Below are positions 8,987 to 18,979 of a DNA stretch of 64,000 nt, piece after piece. Within the stretch, counting starts at the first letter, position 1. Each line of letters starts with the position of its first letter. Origin of the DNA: an uncultured Chloroflexia bacterium. Lineage in GTDB: Bacteria; Chloroflexota; Anaerolineae; Anaerolineales; E44-bin32. The notes beneath the pieces were generated by a model. It did not search any database and was not told the origin of the DNA. It saw only the letters and a program-made list of their open reading frames with translations. Made by a program: the position numbers and the translations under genes. The DNA is taken from assembly GCA_963789825.1 (NCBI GenBank), contig CAWBME010000007.1:175806-239805 (forward strand), written 5' to 3'.

Positions 8987-9785
8987 ATGCCTGGCATGTC
9001 CTCCCGCCAACCCCTGCGCTTCGAGGATCAGGTAGCCCTGGTGACCGGGTCTGGACGCGGCATTGGCCGCGCCATCGCCGTCAAGCTTGCGAGCGAGGGC
9101 GCCTCGGTCATCGTCAACTACTTCCGCAACCGGGCCGGCGCCGAGGAGACGGCCTCGGCCGTCGAAGCCCTGGGTCGCCGGGCGACGATCGTGCGCGCCA
9201 ACGTCGGGGAGATCTCCGGGATCGACCAGCTGTTCGAGAGCTGCGCAGGCAGAATTCGGCCGGCTGGATATCCTGGTGTGCAACGCCGCCTCTGGCTACA
9301 ACCGCCCGGCGATGGAACAGAAGCCACGCGGCTGGGACTGGACGATGAACATCAACGCCCGCTCTCTCCTGTTCTGCGCGCAGCGCGCCGTGCCGCTGAT
9401 GGTCCAGGGTGGGAGCATCGTCAGCCTGTCCAGCCCCGGCGCCACGCGCGTGCTGCCGGAATACGTCGTCGTCGGCGCCAGCAAAGCCGCCATCGAGGCG
9501 CTCACCCGCTACCTCGGCGTCGAACTTGCGCCGCGCGGGATCCGCGTCAACGCCGTGTCCCCTGGCGTCGTCGAGACCGAGGCGCTACGCCATTTCCATT
9601 CGCTGCAAGGTGAGGATTCCTTCGCCCGCCTGGCCGCGAGGACGCCTGCCGGGCGCCTGGCGACCCCGGAGGACGTGGCCAACGTCGTCGCCTTCCTGTG
9701 CTCGCCAGATGCCGCCATGATCTGCGGCCAAACGATTGTGGCCGACGGCGGCTACACCCTGCCGGTGGACCCTCCACACAACTGA
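8987..9785 (+). CDS. fabL: enoyl-ACP reductase FabL-type SDR (frame disrupted at ~9241)
   Basis: The N-terminal part reads VALVTGSGRGIGRAIAVKLASEGASVIVNY...LFE. After a 1-nt shift it reads AAQAEFGRLDILVCNAASGYNRPAMEQKPRGWDWTMNINARSLLFCAQ...VGASKAAIEALTRYLGVELAPRGIRVNAVSPGVVETEA. This closely parallels Bacillus FabL as I recall it. Confidence 0.75.
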
Positions 9786-10014
9786 CCCCGGGCAGACACT
9801 CCCCTTCCCGGGGGTGTGTTCTGCTCCTGGAACGAACCGCCTCCCCCTCCACCTCTCCCTTTCCTGCAACGCCAAAGCATCCCGAGCGCCCTGATGCGCA
9901 CGCACGGAGATCCGGCATACATCCTGTCTGCGTGCGTTCTTCACAGGATCTGCACCGGCAACAGCTACAGTTGCCACGGATGGACCCATTCTGTGTTGCA
10001 GGAGTCACCGAACC

Positions 10015-10749
10015 ATGACCACAATCCTGACCGGTACCAAGCAACTGCTTCTCGTCACGTTCTCCGTCGTTGCAGGGGCGATGGCTTTGTATCCCGCCCA
10101 GGCCGCGGCGGCTCCTGAGTCGGTCACGGCACCCACGTTCCTGCCCGCGCCCGCAGTGGCCCCCAACTTGTCCGGTACGGTCTCGACCGGGCCGGCGACG
10201 GGCGAAGGATTGGCTGACGCTGGCCTTGCTGCAGAGGAAGCCGCTGGACTGCAGTTCATGATCCAGGAAGAGAAGATGGCGCATGACCTCTACCTGGCGT
10301 TCTATGAACTCTGGGGGCTGCCTGTGTTTGAACGCATCACAGCCAGCGAGGCGGCGCACGAGGCGGCGGTTGCCCGACTGCTGAATGCGTACAGTGTCGA
10401 GAATCCCATCGTTGAGGCTGGAGTGGGCGTATTTGCGGATCCGGACCTGCAGGCCCTTCACGATCAGCTGCTGGCAGATGGATCCGTCTCGGCCGAGGCT
10501 GCGCTCCGCACGGCCATGCTGGTCGAGGAGACGGACATCAAGGATCTGAAGGTTCGCCTGGCCGCCACGGACGAAGCGGCGATCCAGCGGGTCTACACCA
10601 GCCTGCTGCGCGGCTCGACCCGGCACCTATCAGCCTTCTCCCGGCAAAGTGATCGTCTGACCGAGTTCGGCCCTATTGCGCCGCGCAACGGCCAGCTCGG
10701 CACAGGCCAGGGTCGCGGGGGTCCAGGCAGCGGCCGCGGGTCACAGTAA
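10015..10749 (+). CDS. secreted ferritin-like DUF2202-family protein
   Basis: Signal-like N-terminus LLLVTFSVVAGAMALYPAQAAA. The core LQFMIQEEKMAHDLYLAFYELWGLPVFERITASEAAHEAAVARLL matches the DUF2202 pattern (EEEKLARDVY...W...F.NI..SE..H). Confidence 0.65.
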   Translation: MTTILTGTKQLLLVTFSVVAGAMALYPAQAAAAPESVTAPTFLPAPAVAPNLSGTVSTGPATGEGLADAGLAAEEAAGLQFMIQEEKMAHDLYLAFYELWGLPVFERITASEAAHEAAVARLLNAYSVENPIVEAGVGVFADPDLQALHDQLLADGSVSAEAALRTAMLVEETDIKDLKVRLAATDEAAIQRVYTSLLRGSTRHLSAFSRQSDRLTEFGPIAPRNGQLGTGQGRGGPGSGRGSQ

Positions 10750-11026
10750 CGCAATATCTGACCGCGGCAACCGGCCTGCCCGCGCTGGTGATGCCTCCAT
10801 CCAAGTGGAGGACTCGGCGCGGGCAGGCGCTTGCCTACTCCCCGACTGCCCTTCCGCTCCAGACGTCGCGCCGAGTCTCTGCGTTCCGCCTCTCCGGACG
10901 AATTCCACCCTTGGCGCGGAGCCCCCTCTGGAGTAGAGTCTCGCCCCAGCGCCACCGGCACCGACCGCCTGGCATGCCGGCGAGCGCATCGCCCGGGGGT
11001 GTCTCCCCCGACAGAGGAGGAAGACT

Positions 11027-11434
11027 GTGAAGTCGCACGGATTGCGTATCGCGGGTGTACTCATACTGCTTGCACTTGCCGCACTGGCTTGCGGGGGAAG
11101 CTTCAGCACGGCCAAGATCTCGGGGGCAGTTCTGTCTGCGGACCCGTCTGGGTCCCCTGAGACCGCCGTGTTCTCACCGGATCAGCAGACGTTCTATCTA
11201 TTGGTCGATCTCTCCAATGCCCCTGACGACACCACCGTCAAGTCGGTATGGACAGCGGTCGAGGCAGAGGGCGTCGAGCCCAACTTCGCCATCGACGAGA
11301 CCTCTATCACCTCCGGCGATGGCACGGTGACCTTTGACCTGACCAATGATGGCCTGTGGCCAACGGGCACCTATCAAGTCGAGGTGTATCTGAACGACGA
11401 ACCCGATCGCACGATTCCCTTCGAGGTTCGCTAG
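11027..11434 (+). CDS. lipoprotein, unknown function
   Basis: MKSHGLRIAGVLILLALAALACGG is a lipobox LAAC-type signal. 135-aa beta-rich sequence, followed by a strong hairpin. Confidence 0.6.
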   Translation: MKSHGLRIAGVLILLALAALACGGSFSTAKISGAVLSADPSGSPETAVFSPDQQTFYLLVDLSNAPDDTTVKSVWTAVEAEGVEPNFAIDETSITSGDGTVTFDLTNDGLWPTGTYQVEVYLNDEPDRTIPFEVR

Positions 11435-11468
11435 GCCTCCAGACGCCTCTGGCGGCGGCTGAATCTCC

Positions 11469-11509
11469 CCAGAAGCCGGGCCGGGGTGATCCCCGTGCCC
11501 GGCTTCTGG
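11469..11509 (+). terminator. stem-loop downstream of lipoprotein gene
   Basis: CCAGAAGCCGGGC / GCCCGGCTTCTGG form a perfect 13-bp stem with a 15-nt loop. The T-tract is weak (CATTTCC). Confidence 0.5.
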
Positions 11510-11855
11510 CATTTCCTAGCTGTGAATCGGCGCCAGGCTTGTGGCACGCCACAAAGTTCCCTTGCATCGGACCATCCATGAAACTGCGGCCGGATTGCCC
11601 CCAGGTGGACAGCCGACCGCGCCCCTTGGAAGTGCGTCTTGTCGGCGCCGCCTTCGCCCCGATCTGACGGGGCGTCCTCCGAGGCCTCCCCCCGATGCAG
11701 CCTCGATCCGCAGGCTGAGGTCCGCGGCGGAGTGAGCGTCTCTCCGGAGGGGGTGAACCAGGGCGAGGTTGGTGGATATTCGGTGACGACGGCACATTGC
11801 CTCCAAGGGCTGCGGCGGCTACCATTCGGGCTCGAGGGGACTGAGGACCGATCCG

Positions 11856-13230
11856 ATGCCAGTCACGACCGCCGACGTCGTCATCTGCGGCGCCGGGATC
11901 GCCGGAGTTTCGACTGCCTACCACCTGGCGAGGTTGCAGCCAGGTCTGCGCATCCTGCTGATCGATGAACGGCCTCCGCTCAGCCTGACCAGCGACAAGT
12001 CGACCGAGTGCTACCGCAATTGGTGGCCGGAAGCTGCCATGATCCAGCTGATCGACCGCAGCGTCGAGTGGTTCGAACGATGGGCTGGTGAGACTGGCAA
12101 TGCCTTCGGCCTTAACCGCCGTGGCTACCTGTACGCCAGCACGACCGACGCCGGCGCCCAGGCTCTGCTTGAGCGCGCACAGGCGATCGCGCACCTGGGC
12201 GCCGGAGCGCTGCAGATTGAAGCGCGTGCTGATCCCCGCCGCCCGGAGTCGAAGCCGGCCCTGGAGGAAGAGCCGCCGGTCCGCGGTGCGGAATATTGCT
12301 GCGGATTCTTCGGAGATCCAACGGCGGTATCCCTACCTATCGCCGGAGACGCGCGCCGTGCTGCACGTCCGCCGCGCCGGCTGGCTCCGGGCACACGAGC
12401 TGGGGACCTGGCTGTTGCAGCAAGCCGAGCTGACTGGCGTCACCCGGATCAGCGGTCGGTTGACGAAGGTCGACGCGACCGGCGGCGCCCTTCGATCCGT
12501 CGGCGTCGAGACCGCGGAGGGCAGCCGCCGGATCGCCGTGCCGATCCTGGTCAACGCCGCAGGGCCGTTCGCGGGGCAGGTCAGTGAGCTGGCAGGAGTG
12601 GGACTCCCGCTGGCGTGGGAGCTGCACTTGAAGGCAGCCTTCCGTGACCAGGACCGGATCGTGCCGCGCCAGGCGCCGCTGGTGATCCTCGCCGATGAGC
12701 AGCACCTCGCCTGGTCGGAGGAAGAGCAATCGCTGCTGGGCCAATCCCCGGATGACCGCTACCTGCTGGGGCGTCTCCCCGCCGGAGCGCACTTGAGGCC
12801 CGAAGGTCCTACCGCCAGCCCGTACTGCCTGCTCCTGTGGCCGTATCATCTGCCCCCTGTGCAGCCGGTCTTCCCCATCGCGCCCGATCCGACGTACGCC
12901 GAGATCGCCATGCGCGGCATGAGCCGGCTGATCCCAGCTCTGCGGGCGTATGTCGAGCGCATGCCGCCGACGACCGTGGACGGGGGATATTACACGCGCA
13001 CGCCGGACAACCTTCCACTCATCGGGCCAACGCCGCTCGCCGGCTACTACCTGATGGCTGCTCTTTCCGGATTCGGGGTGATGGCTTCCCCGGCCGCAGG
13101 CGAGCTGCTGGCGCAGGCAGTCCTTGGCCAGGGTCTACCGCCGCATGCGCAGCCCTTCCTGCTGGAACGATTCGAGTCAGCCGAGTATCGGGAGCAGTTG
13201 AGGCGAGAGCGGGAAACGGGGGAGCTGTAG
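11856..13230 (+). CDS. FAD-dependent oxidoreductase (DAO family; frame disrupted near 12300)
   Basis: The N-terminus ADVVICGAGIAGVSTAYHLA is a GxGxxG dinucleotide fold. The C-terminal part is in a second frame (ORF 12088-13230): ...SSEIQRRYPYLSPETRAVLHVRRAGWL...ILVNAAGPFAG...GGYYTRTPDNLPLIGP...YLMAALSGFGVMASPAAGELLA. Confidence 0.75.
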
Positions 13231-13237
13231 TTCGCGC

Positions 13238-13870
13238 CTACACACCCACCAGCACTGCGCGTGTCGGTGCCCCATCGCTGCCGACCAGCTTGAGCGGCAG
13301 GCAGTACAGGGTGTATCGGCCTTGGGCAACCTTGCCCAGGTCCAACCCTTCCACGACGACTGCGCCGGCTTTGAGCAGAGTCTCATGCACCTGCTTGCTG
13401 CGCTTGTAGGGTGCCACCGAGAGGTAGTCGACGCCGACCAACTGCACGCCCTTGCGCACAAGCCACTGTGCGCCGCTCTCGTCGATGGCGACAAAGTCGG
13501 TTTGGAAGCGGGTCTCGCCACGCGCCCAGAGCGCCGAGTTGCGGGTCTTGAAGAGCACACGCTTGGTGCGGGGAGGGATGTGGGCCGCCTCCAAGGAGGC
13601 GGCGTCGATCACGTCCACCTTGGGCAGGCTGACGACGTAGGCCCGGCCGATCAGCACCTTGAGGGAGAGGCTCTCGACGGATGCTCCCCCCTCGACGAAA
13701 TGCAGCGGGGCATCCAAGTGCGTTCCAACGTGAACCCCGCAGGACAGGCGCGAGACGTTGGCATTGTCGCCGTTGGCGATGGCGGAGATTCGCGTCAGCT
13801 CGACCGGCGGGTCGCCAGGCCAGACCGGCATCCCCGGTTGGATCCCGATCGAAATGTCGTATAGACGCAT
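13238..13870 (-). CDS. cyclase-family protein (kynurenine formamidase-like)
   Basis: MRLYDISIGIQPGMPVWPGDPP...GVHVGTHLDAPLHF carries the HxGTHxDxPxH motif. TATAAT (13896-13891) and GAGAGG lie upstream of the ATG. Confidence 0.8.
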   Translation of the reverse strand: MRLYDISIGIQPGMPVWPGDPPVELTRISAIANGDNANVSRLSCGVHVGTHLDAPLHFVEGGASVESLSLKVLIGRAYVVSLPKVDVIDAASLEAAHIPPRTKRVLFKTRNSALWARGETRFQTDFVAIDESGAQWLVRKGVQLVGVDYLSVAPYKRSKQVHETLLKAGAVVVEGLDLGKVAQGRYTLYCLPLKLVGSDGAPTRAVLVGV

Positions 13871-14846
13871 TCTGCACCTCTCGGGGCGCGATTATAGATT
13901 CAAAGACGGCGCAAGGGTATCGGCTCTCCCCCTCGCCCAGCCTGGGAGAGGGCCGCCTCGGACGCAACCAGCGCCAGGCCGTCGGCGAGTGCAGCATTCC
14001 TGCTTGCCTCGGCCCAGGGCAGCAGCCCTTTGGCAGGCTGCGGAAACCCAGGAGGCCGCCACATTCCCACCCCATCCTTCGCGCGTGGAATCCCGGAGGG
14101 GCTCCCCTCTGCGCCAAGTTGAACCTGCACGCCTTGGCACTGTGCACGGTGATGGGATCGCATTCCTGCCACGCTTCTTGGCCAACCCGATGGCAGTCAA
14201 TGGAGAGGCGCACAGGGGGTGAGGCGGATACAAGGTGCTCAGCTTGCGCGTAGGAGCAACGGCCATGTTGAGCGGAGCACCTGGCCGCGAGGTCATAGGC
14301 CCTCTGAATGCGGGCGAGGTCTCGTTCCAGGCGGTGGCGCAACTGCACCCGGCGGCCGCGCGCGATCTCACTCAGGGCGAGATGCCTCCTGCGGAGAATG
14401 CCAAGGACCCTTCCGGGATGGACCGGCGAACGGAGCGACTCGCATAGCCCCCCGGATGCACCAGCCTCGTCTCACGCCCCCTGCCGCGCTCAACCAGGCG
14501 CGGCAGGTCAGGCGAGAGCTGGAAAGGGAGCTGCTCCGCCTCCTCCTCAAACCGGCGCGAGGCACCCTGCTTCTTGCCGCGAGCCCAGGTGGGGCAGTTC
14601 TGCTTCTCAGCGAAGAGGGCCCATCCTCTCCTTGTCCTCCCCAGCTGCGAATCGCCGAGGCTGAGCCGCTCTGGTCGCGCATCGGCGGGCTCGGGCAGCA
14701 GCCGTAGGGCCATTGCACGAACGGAGTGCAGCCGGCAGCATCAATGCCAAGCAGGGAGTCCACCGATGGGAACCCAGGCCAGGTGTTCTTTCATCCCGGC
14801 ACTCGTCGATCGGGGAGCGCGTTTGATGCCCTGCGCAGGGTCCGCC

Positions 14847-14875
14847 TTGTAGGCACCGTCGCGCTCGGCTATAAT
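14847..14875 (+). promoter_or_regulatory. sigma70-type promoter for tRNA-Pro
   Basis: TTGTAG (14847-52), a 17-nt spacer, then TATAAT (14870-75). The tRNA 5' end is 10 nt downstream. Confidence 0.55.
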
Positions 14876-14884
14876 GACGCTCTA

Positions 14885-14959
14885 CGGGGCGTGGCGCAGT
14901 CCGGCTAGCGCACCTGCATGGGGTGCAGGGGGTCGGCGGTTCGAATCCGCCCGCCCCGA
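14885..14959 (+). tRNA. tRNA-Pro (anticodon GGG)
   Basis: Cloverleaf folded by hand: acceptor CGGGGCG/CGCCCCG, D stem GCGC/GCGC, anticodon stem CCTGC/GCAGG with loop ATGGGGT, T arm GGCGG-TTCGAAT-CCGCC, discriminator A. No encoded CCA. Confidence 0.9.
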
Positions 14960-15146
14960 CACGAGGCCGCTCGAAAGAGCGGCTTCGTTTTCGCTAGCTG
15001 CAACCCCAGCCACGGAAGTCACGCGCCGATCGAGATCGGCATGCCTCCCGGCGGGCGAGACCGGGATGCTTGTTCCTTTCCTGCATGTGCCGGCGAAGGT
15101 ATGCTCCTGCTGGATGGCTCGCCCGGCGAGCGTGGAGGATGGGTCG

Positions 15147-15878
15147 ATGCGCGTGCAGCTGTTCGCCACTTGCCTGGTCGACAGCCTGTTTCCCGCGGTT
15201 GGCGAGGCGGTGGTCGCCGTGCTGCGTGCTTGCGAAGTGCAGGTGGCGTTCCCCCTGGCGCAGACCTGCTGCGGCCAGCCGTCGTTCAACGCCGGAGACT
15301 GGGGCAGCGCCCGGACGATGGCCCGCCATACGATCGAGACGCTGGAGGCCACGCAGGATCCGGTGGTCATACCCTCGGGTTCATGCGCTCACATGGTGCG
15401 CCACGGCTACCTGCAGCTCTTCGCCGACGACCCGGCCTGGCTTGCCCGCGCCGAGCGACTCGCCTCGCGGACCTACGAGTTCAGCCAGTTTCTGGTCGAC
15501 GTCCTCGATGTGCACGCCTGGGACGGCGTCCCCGGCGCCAAGGTCGCCTACCATCCTTCCTGCCACCTGCTGCGGGGCATGGGCATCGCGAGCCAGCCGC
15601 TCCAGCTGCTCGAATCCATCCCGTCGATGCAGGTCACACGGCTCGAACCGGAGTGCTGCGGCTTCGGCGGAGTATTCTCGGTCGACCAGCCGGAGCTCTC
15701 TGCGGAGATGCTCGCTCGCAAGTTGCAGGCGGTGCAGGCCACTCAGGCGCCACGCGTGGTCGGGTGCGATGTGAGCTGCCTGATGCACATGGAAGGCGGC
15801 TTGCGCAAACAAGGGTCGGCTACCCGCTGCGCTCACCTCGCCCAGATTCTGGCGGGCGATGGCGGAGGCCTGCGGTGA
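15147..15878 (+). CDS. lutA: lactate utilisation protein A ((Fe-S)-binding CCG-domain protein)
   Basis: MRVQLFATCLVDSLFPAVGEA...AQTCCGQPSFNAGD...YHPSCHLLRG...EPECCGFGGVFS contains two CCG motifs. Confidence 0.85.
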   Translation: MRVQLFATCLVDSLFPAVGEAVVAVLRACEVQVAFPLAQTCCGQPSFNAGDWGSARTMARHTIETLEATQDPVVIPSGSCAHMVRHGYLQLFADDPAWLARAERLASRTYEFSQFLVDVLDVHAWDGVPGAKVAYHPSCHLLRGMGIASQPLQLLESIPSMQVTRLEPECCGFGGVFSVDQPELSAEMLARKLQAVQATQAPRVVGCDVSCLMHMEGGLRKQGSATRCAHLAQILAGDGGGLR

Positions 15879-17283
15879 GCGCCTCCTTCCAGCAGTCGGT
15901 GCGGCGCGCCCTGTCGAACCCGGTGCTGCAGGAGGCGTTGGACAACAACGCTGCCCGGCGCAAAGCCGGGGCGCGCCGCGCAAACGCCACCCTGGACGAT
16001 CCCGTCGCCGTGCGTCAGCACGCACGCGCCATTCGACAGACGGTCCTCGACAACTGGGATCCGATGCTGACGACCTTCATCGAATCCTGCCAGGCGAACG
16101 GGATCGTCGTGCTCCAGGCGGCCTCCGCCGAGCAGGCCTGCGCCCACGTGCTTGACATCGCCCGCCGGCACAACGTGCGCCTGGTGGCCAAGGCGAAGTC
16201 GATGGTGAGCGAGGAGATCCACCTCAACCCCTACCTCGAACGGGCAGGCCTGAAGGTCGTCGAGACCGACCTGGGAGAATTCATCGTTCAGCTGCGCGGC
16301 GAGCCACCAGCGCACATCATCACACCTGCCCTCCACTTGCGCCGGCAGGAGGTTGGGCGCACCTTCGCCGATCATCTGGGCATGCCCTACACCGACGACG
16401 TCTCGGCCATGACAGCCGTCGCCCGGCGCACCCTGCGCCAGATCTTCCTCACCGCCGACATGGGCATCTCGGGCGTCAACCTGGCGGCGGCCGACACCGG
16501 AACGCTGTGCCTGGTGACCAATGAAGGCAACGGGCGCATGGTGACCACCCTGCCCCCGGTCCACGTGGCGCTGATGGGCATCGAGCGGCTGGTCCCGACG
16601 ATCGAGGACCTGGCGCTGATCCTGCAGTTGCTCCCTCGCAACGCGACCGGGCAGATCCTGACCAGCTACGTCACGCTGATCCAGGGCCCCGGCAGTCTAT
16701 CGATCGCCGACGGATCCCAGCACCGCTACCTCATCCTGATCGACAATGGACGGCGGGCAATGCACGGCACGCCATTGGACGAGGCGCTGATGTGCATCCG
16801 CTGCGGGGCGTGCCTGAACAACTGTCCGGTTTTTCAGGAGTTGGGGGGCCATGCGTACGGCAGCGCCTACCCCGGACCGATCGGCTCGGTCGTCTCCCCG
16901 GGACTGTTCGGAATTGCGGCCTTTGGCCATCTGGCGAAGGCGTCGACGTTGTGCGGCGCCTGCAAGGAGGCCTGTCCGATCGGGATCGACATCCCGCGCA
17001 TGTTGCTGCAGGTGCGACACGAGTACGTCTGCCGGCGGTGGCGGCCGGCAGGACCTGCGCTGGGGGCTGCGGCTCTTCGCCTGGGGCGCCACCCGTCCGT
17101 CGCTCTTCGCCTTCGCGCAGCGCCTGGCGGCCCTGGCGACCTCGCTGCTCGCCCGGGGCCAGAACTGGCTGCGCTGGCTTCCGCCGCCCGGGAATGCCTG
17201 GACGGGGTCAAGGCATTTCCCGCCGATTGCGGCGCGGGCGCTCCACCGGCGTTGGCGGCAGACCAACGGACTGGCAGGCGTGA
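15875..17283 (+). CDS. lutB: lactate utilisation protein B (4Fe-4S; frame disrupted near 17040, 3' end uncertain)
   Basis: The GTG start overlaps the lutA TGA (GTGA). ...MGISGVNLAAADTGTLCLVTNEGNGRM...CIRCGACLNNCPVFQELGGHAYGSAYPGPIG...CGACKEACPIGIDIP. The C-terminal helix region WGLRLFAWGATRPSLFAFAQRLA...WTGSRHFPP is in another frame (ORF 16851-17903). Confidence 0.8.
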
Positions 17284-17903
17284 CGACGACCGGCCACCCG
17301 GTGGTCCCCACCGTGGTCGGCTCATCGCCGCTCGATCCCGCTCAGTCACCGCGCCCGCACGATCTGGCGGACACGTTCACCCAGGCACTGACGGCCGTCT
17401 CAGGCGAGGTCCTTGCGGTCGATCCTGACCAGATCCCCTCCACATTGGAGCGCCTGCTCCCCGCCAATCCTGGACCCGGCCTGTATGCGGTGCAAGCCGG
17501 CTCTGAGCCGGCGCTGCTCGGCGACCTGCGGCAGGCAGGGTTCGAATTGCTCGAGAGCCGATGGCCCATCCCTTCCGGCAGTGCGGACCCCGATCAGGCT
17601 GCTTGGGGGATCGTATGGGCGCCGGCGGGGATTGCCGACAGCGGGACGGTGGTGCTCCCGTGCAGCCCGGCTGGCACACTGACGGCCTCGCTCCTCCCGC
17701 CGACCCTGGCGGTCGATCCTGTCGCGGCGACGACCTGCACGCGGACCTTGCGGCTTGGCTGGCGGCCGGCGGCAAGGCCCATGCTGGAGGGTTCGCCCCT
17801 GGTGGTCCTGGTCACCGGACCGTCGCGCACGTCGGACATCGAGATGACCCTAACGCTGGGCGTGCATGGCCCTGGGCGCCTGATCGTTCTACTCACTCCG
17901 TGA
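17280..17903 (+). CDS. lutC: lactate utilisation protein C (LUD domain)
   Basis: ...DLADTFTQALTAVSGEV...GIADSGTVVLPCSPAGTLTASLLPP...LVTGPSRTSDIEMTLTLGVHGPGRLIVLL. As read it is in frame with the lutB tail. GTGA at 17280-83 suggests a separate start. Confidence 0.7.
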   Translation: MTTTGHPVVPTVVGSSPLDPAQSPRPHDLADTFTQALTAVSGEVLAVDPDQIPSTLERLLPANPGPGLYAVQAGSEPALLGDLRQAGFELLESRWPIPSGSADPDQAAWGIVWAPAGIADSGTVVLPCSPAGTLTASLLPPTLAVDPVAATTCTRTLRLGWRPAARPMLEGSPLVVLVTGPSRTSDIEMTLTLGVHGPGRLIVLLTP

Positions 17904-18069
17904 GGCAACCAACCAAGGCCGGCGCTTGACCTGATCGCGCCGGGTCCGGCTTGCGTTCTGGCGTTGGTCCATGTAGTCTTGGCCAGAGCAGAGCACGATC
18001 TTGCGCGCCAGAAGGTTGCTGAACCCAACCCGCTGGAGGCGACACCCGGACTGCAGGAAGGAGCTCACC

Positions 18070-18775
18070 ATGTCCGACGAACTGGCGATGCCCGAGGCCC
18101 CGATCCGACCCCCTTCGCTTCCGTTCTACGAGGTGTGGAATATCGCGCTGCGTCGCCCCACGCTGGAGTCCTACGAACGTCTCCTGCAGGATCCGAACGC
18201 CACGCTCGGCCGGGCGGTCGTGTGGCTGCTCGTGGTCGGCGCGATTTCCGGCCTGCTCAGCGCCGCCAGCCAGTTCGTCTGGATGCAATTGATGGGCAGC
18301 AGCGCCTTCTCCCAGTTTGCCGGGTCAGCGCAAGCCCTGCCCCAACAACTGGCGCCGGCAGGGCTGGGCATGGCGGCGGCACTGGTGTGCGCCATTCCCA
18401 TCAGCGCCATCGCTGTGGTCCTGGGGCAGATGCTGTACTTCGGCCTGGTCCACTTCACCGCCAGCGCCTTCGGCGGCCAGGGCACCTTCTCGCAGATGAT
18501 GTACGCCAACACCGCCTACTATGCCCCGATCACCCTGATCTCGTCCTTGCTCTCGCTCATCCCATGCGCGGCGTGCCTGGCAGTGCCACTCGCGGATCTA
18601 TGCCATTGCGCTGCAGTTCCTGGCGGTGAGAGCCGCTACCAAGCTGGGCTGGGGCGGAGCGATCGGCTCGGTGTTGGTGGTGATGTTCCTGTTCATCCTG
18701 ATCGCCGTCGTTCTGACCCTGTTGATCTTCGTGCCCTTGATGGATGAGTTGCAGGCTGCCTACCCGATGCTGTGA
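18070..18775 (+). CDS. Yip1-family membrane protein (frame disrupted near 18594)
   Basis: MSDELAMPE...FYEVWNIALRRPTLESYERLL...AVVWLLVVGAISGLLSA..., then in another frame IYAIALQFLAVRAATKLGWGGAIGSVLVVMFLFILIAVVLTLLIFVPL...*. Confidence 0.55.
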
Positions 18776-18809
18776 TCGAAGGTCCTGACGGGTCCGCCGG
18801 AGGTCCTTC

Positions 18810-18844
18810 GCGAGCAGCGTTGGGAAGAACCCAACGCTGCTCGC
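18810..18844. terminator. bidirectional stem-loop between convergent genes
   Basis: GCGAGCAGCGTTGGG-aagaa-CCCAACGCTGCTCGC is a perfect 15-bp stem. Confidence 0.6.
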
Positions 18845-18979
18845 GTCTCTAGCCTGACTCGGGCCTGGCAAAGGCTCGGTCCGCCCTTGCCCAGCCTCTC
18901 GAGACCCCTTCGGTTCAACCCAGGACCGGCCACTGCCCCGCGTGCTGCCTTCCCGCACGCCTCAGCCGGGGCCTCGCCT

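Noticed and set aside
13900-14400. IS200/RAYT-type or other transposase remnant, with the hairpin repeats at 551-756 as REPs
   Set aside because: I could not find HUH or catalytic Tyr motifs in any frame. The GEG-rich strings are weak. The idea rests on vague resemblance only.
14918-15874. The 5' third of the 836-aa ORF 14918-17428, including the part overlapping tRNA-Pro
   Set aside because: This frame is real only from the GTG at 15875 (lutB). Upstream it overlaps lutA out of frame and also the tRNA.
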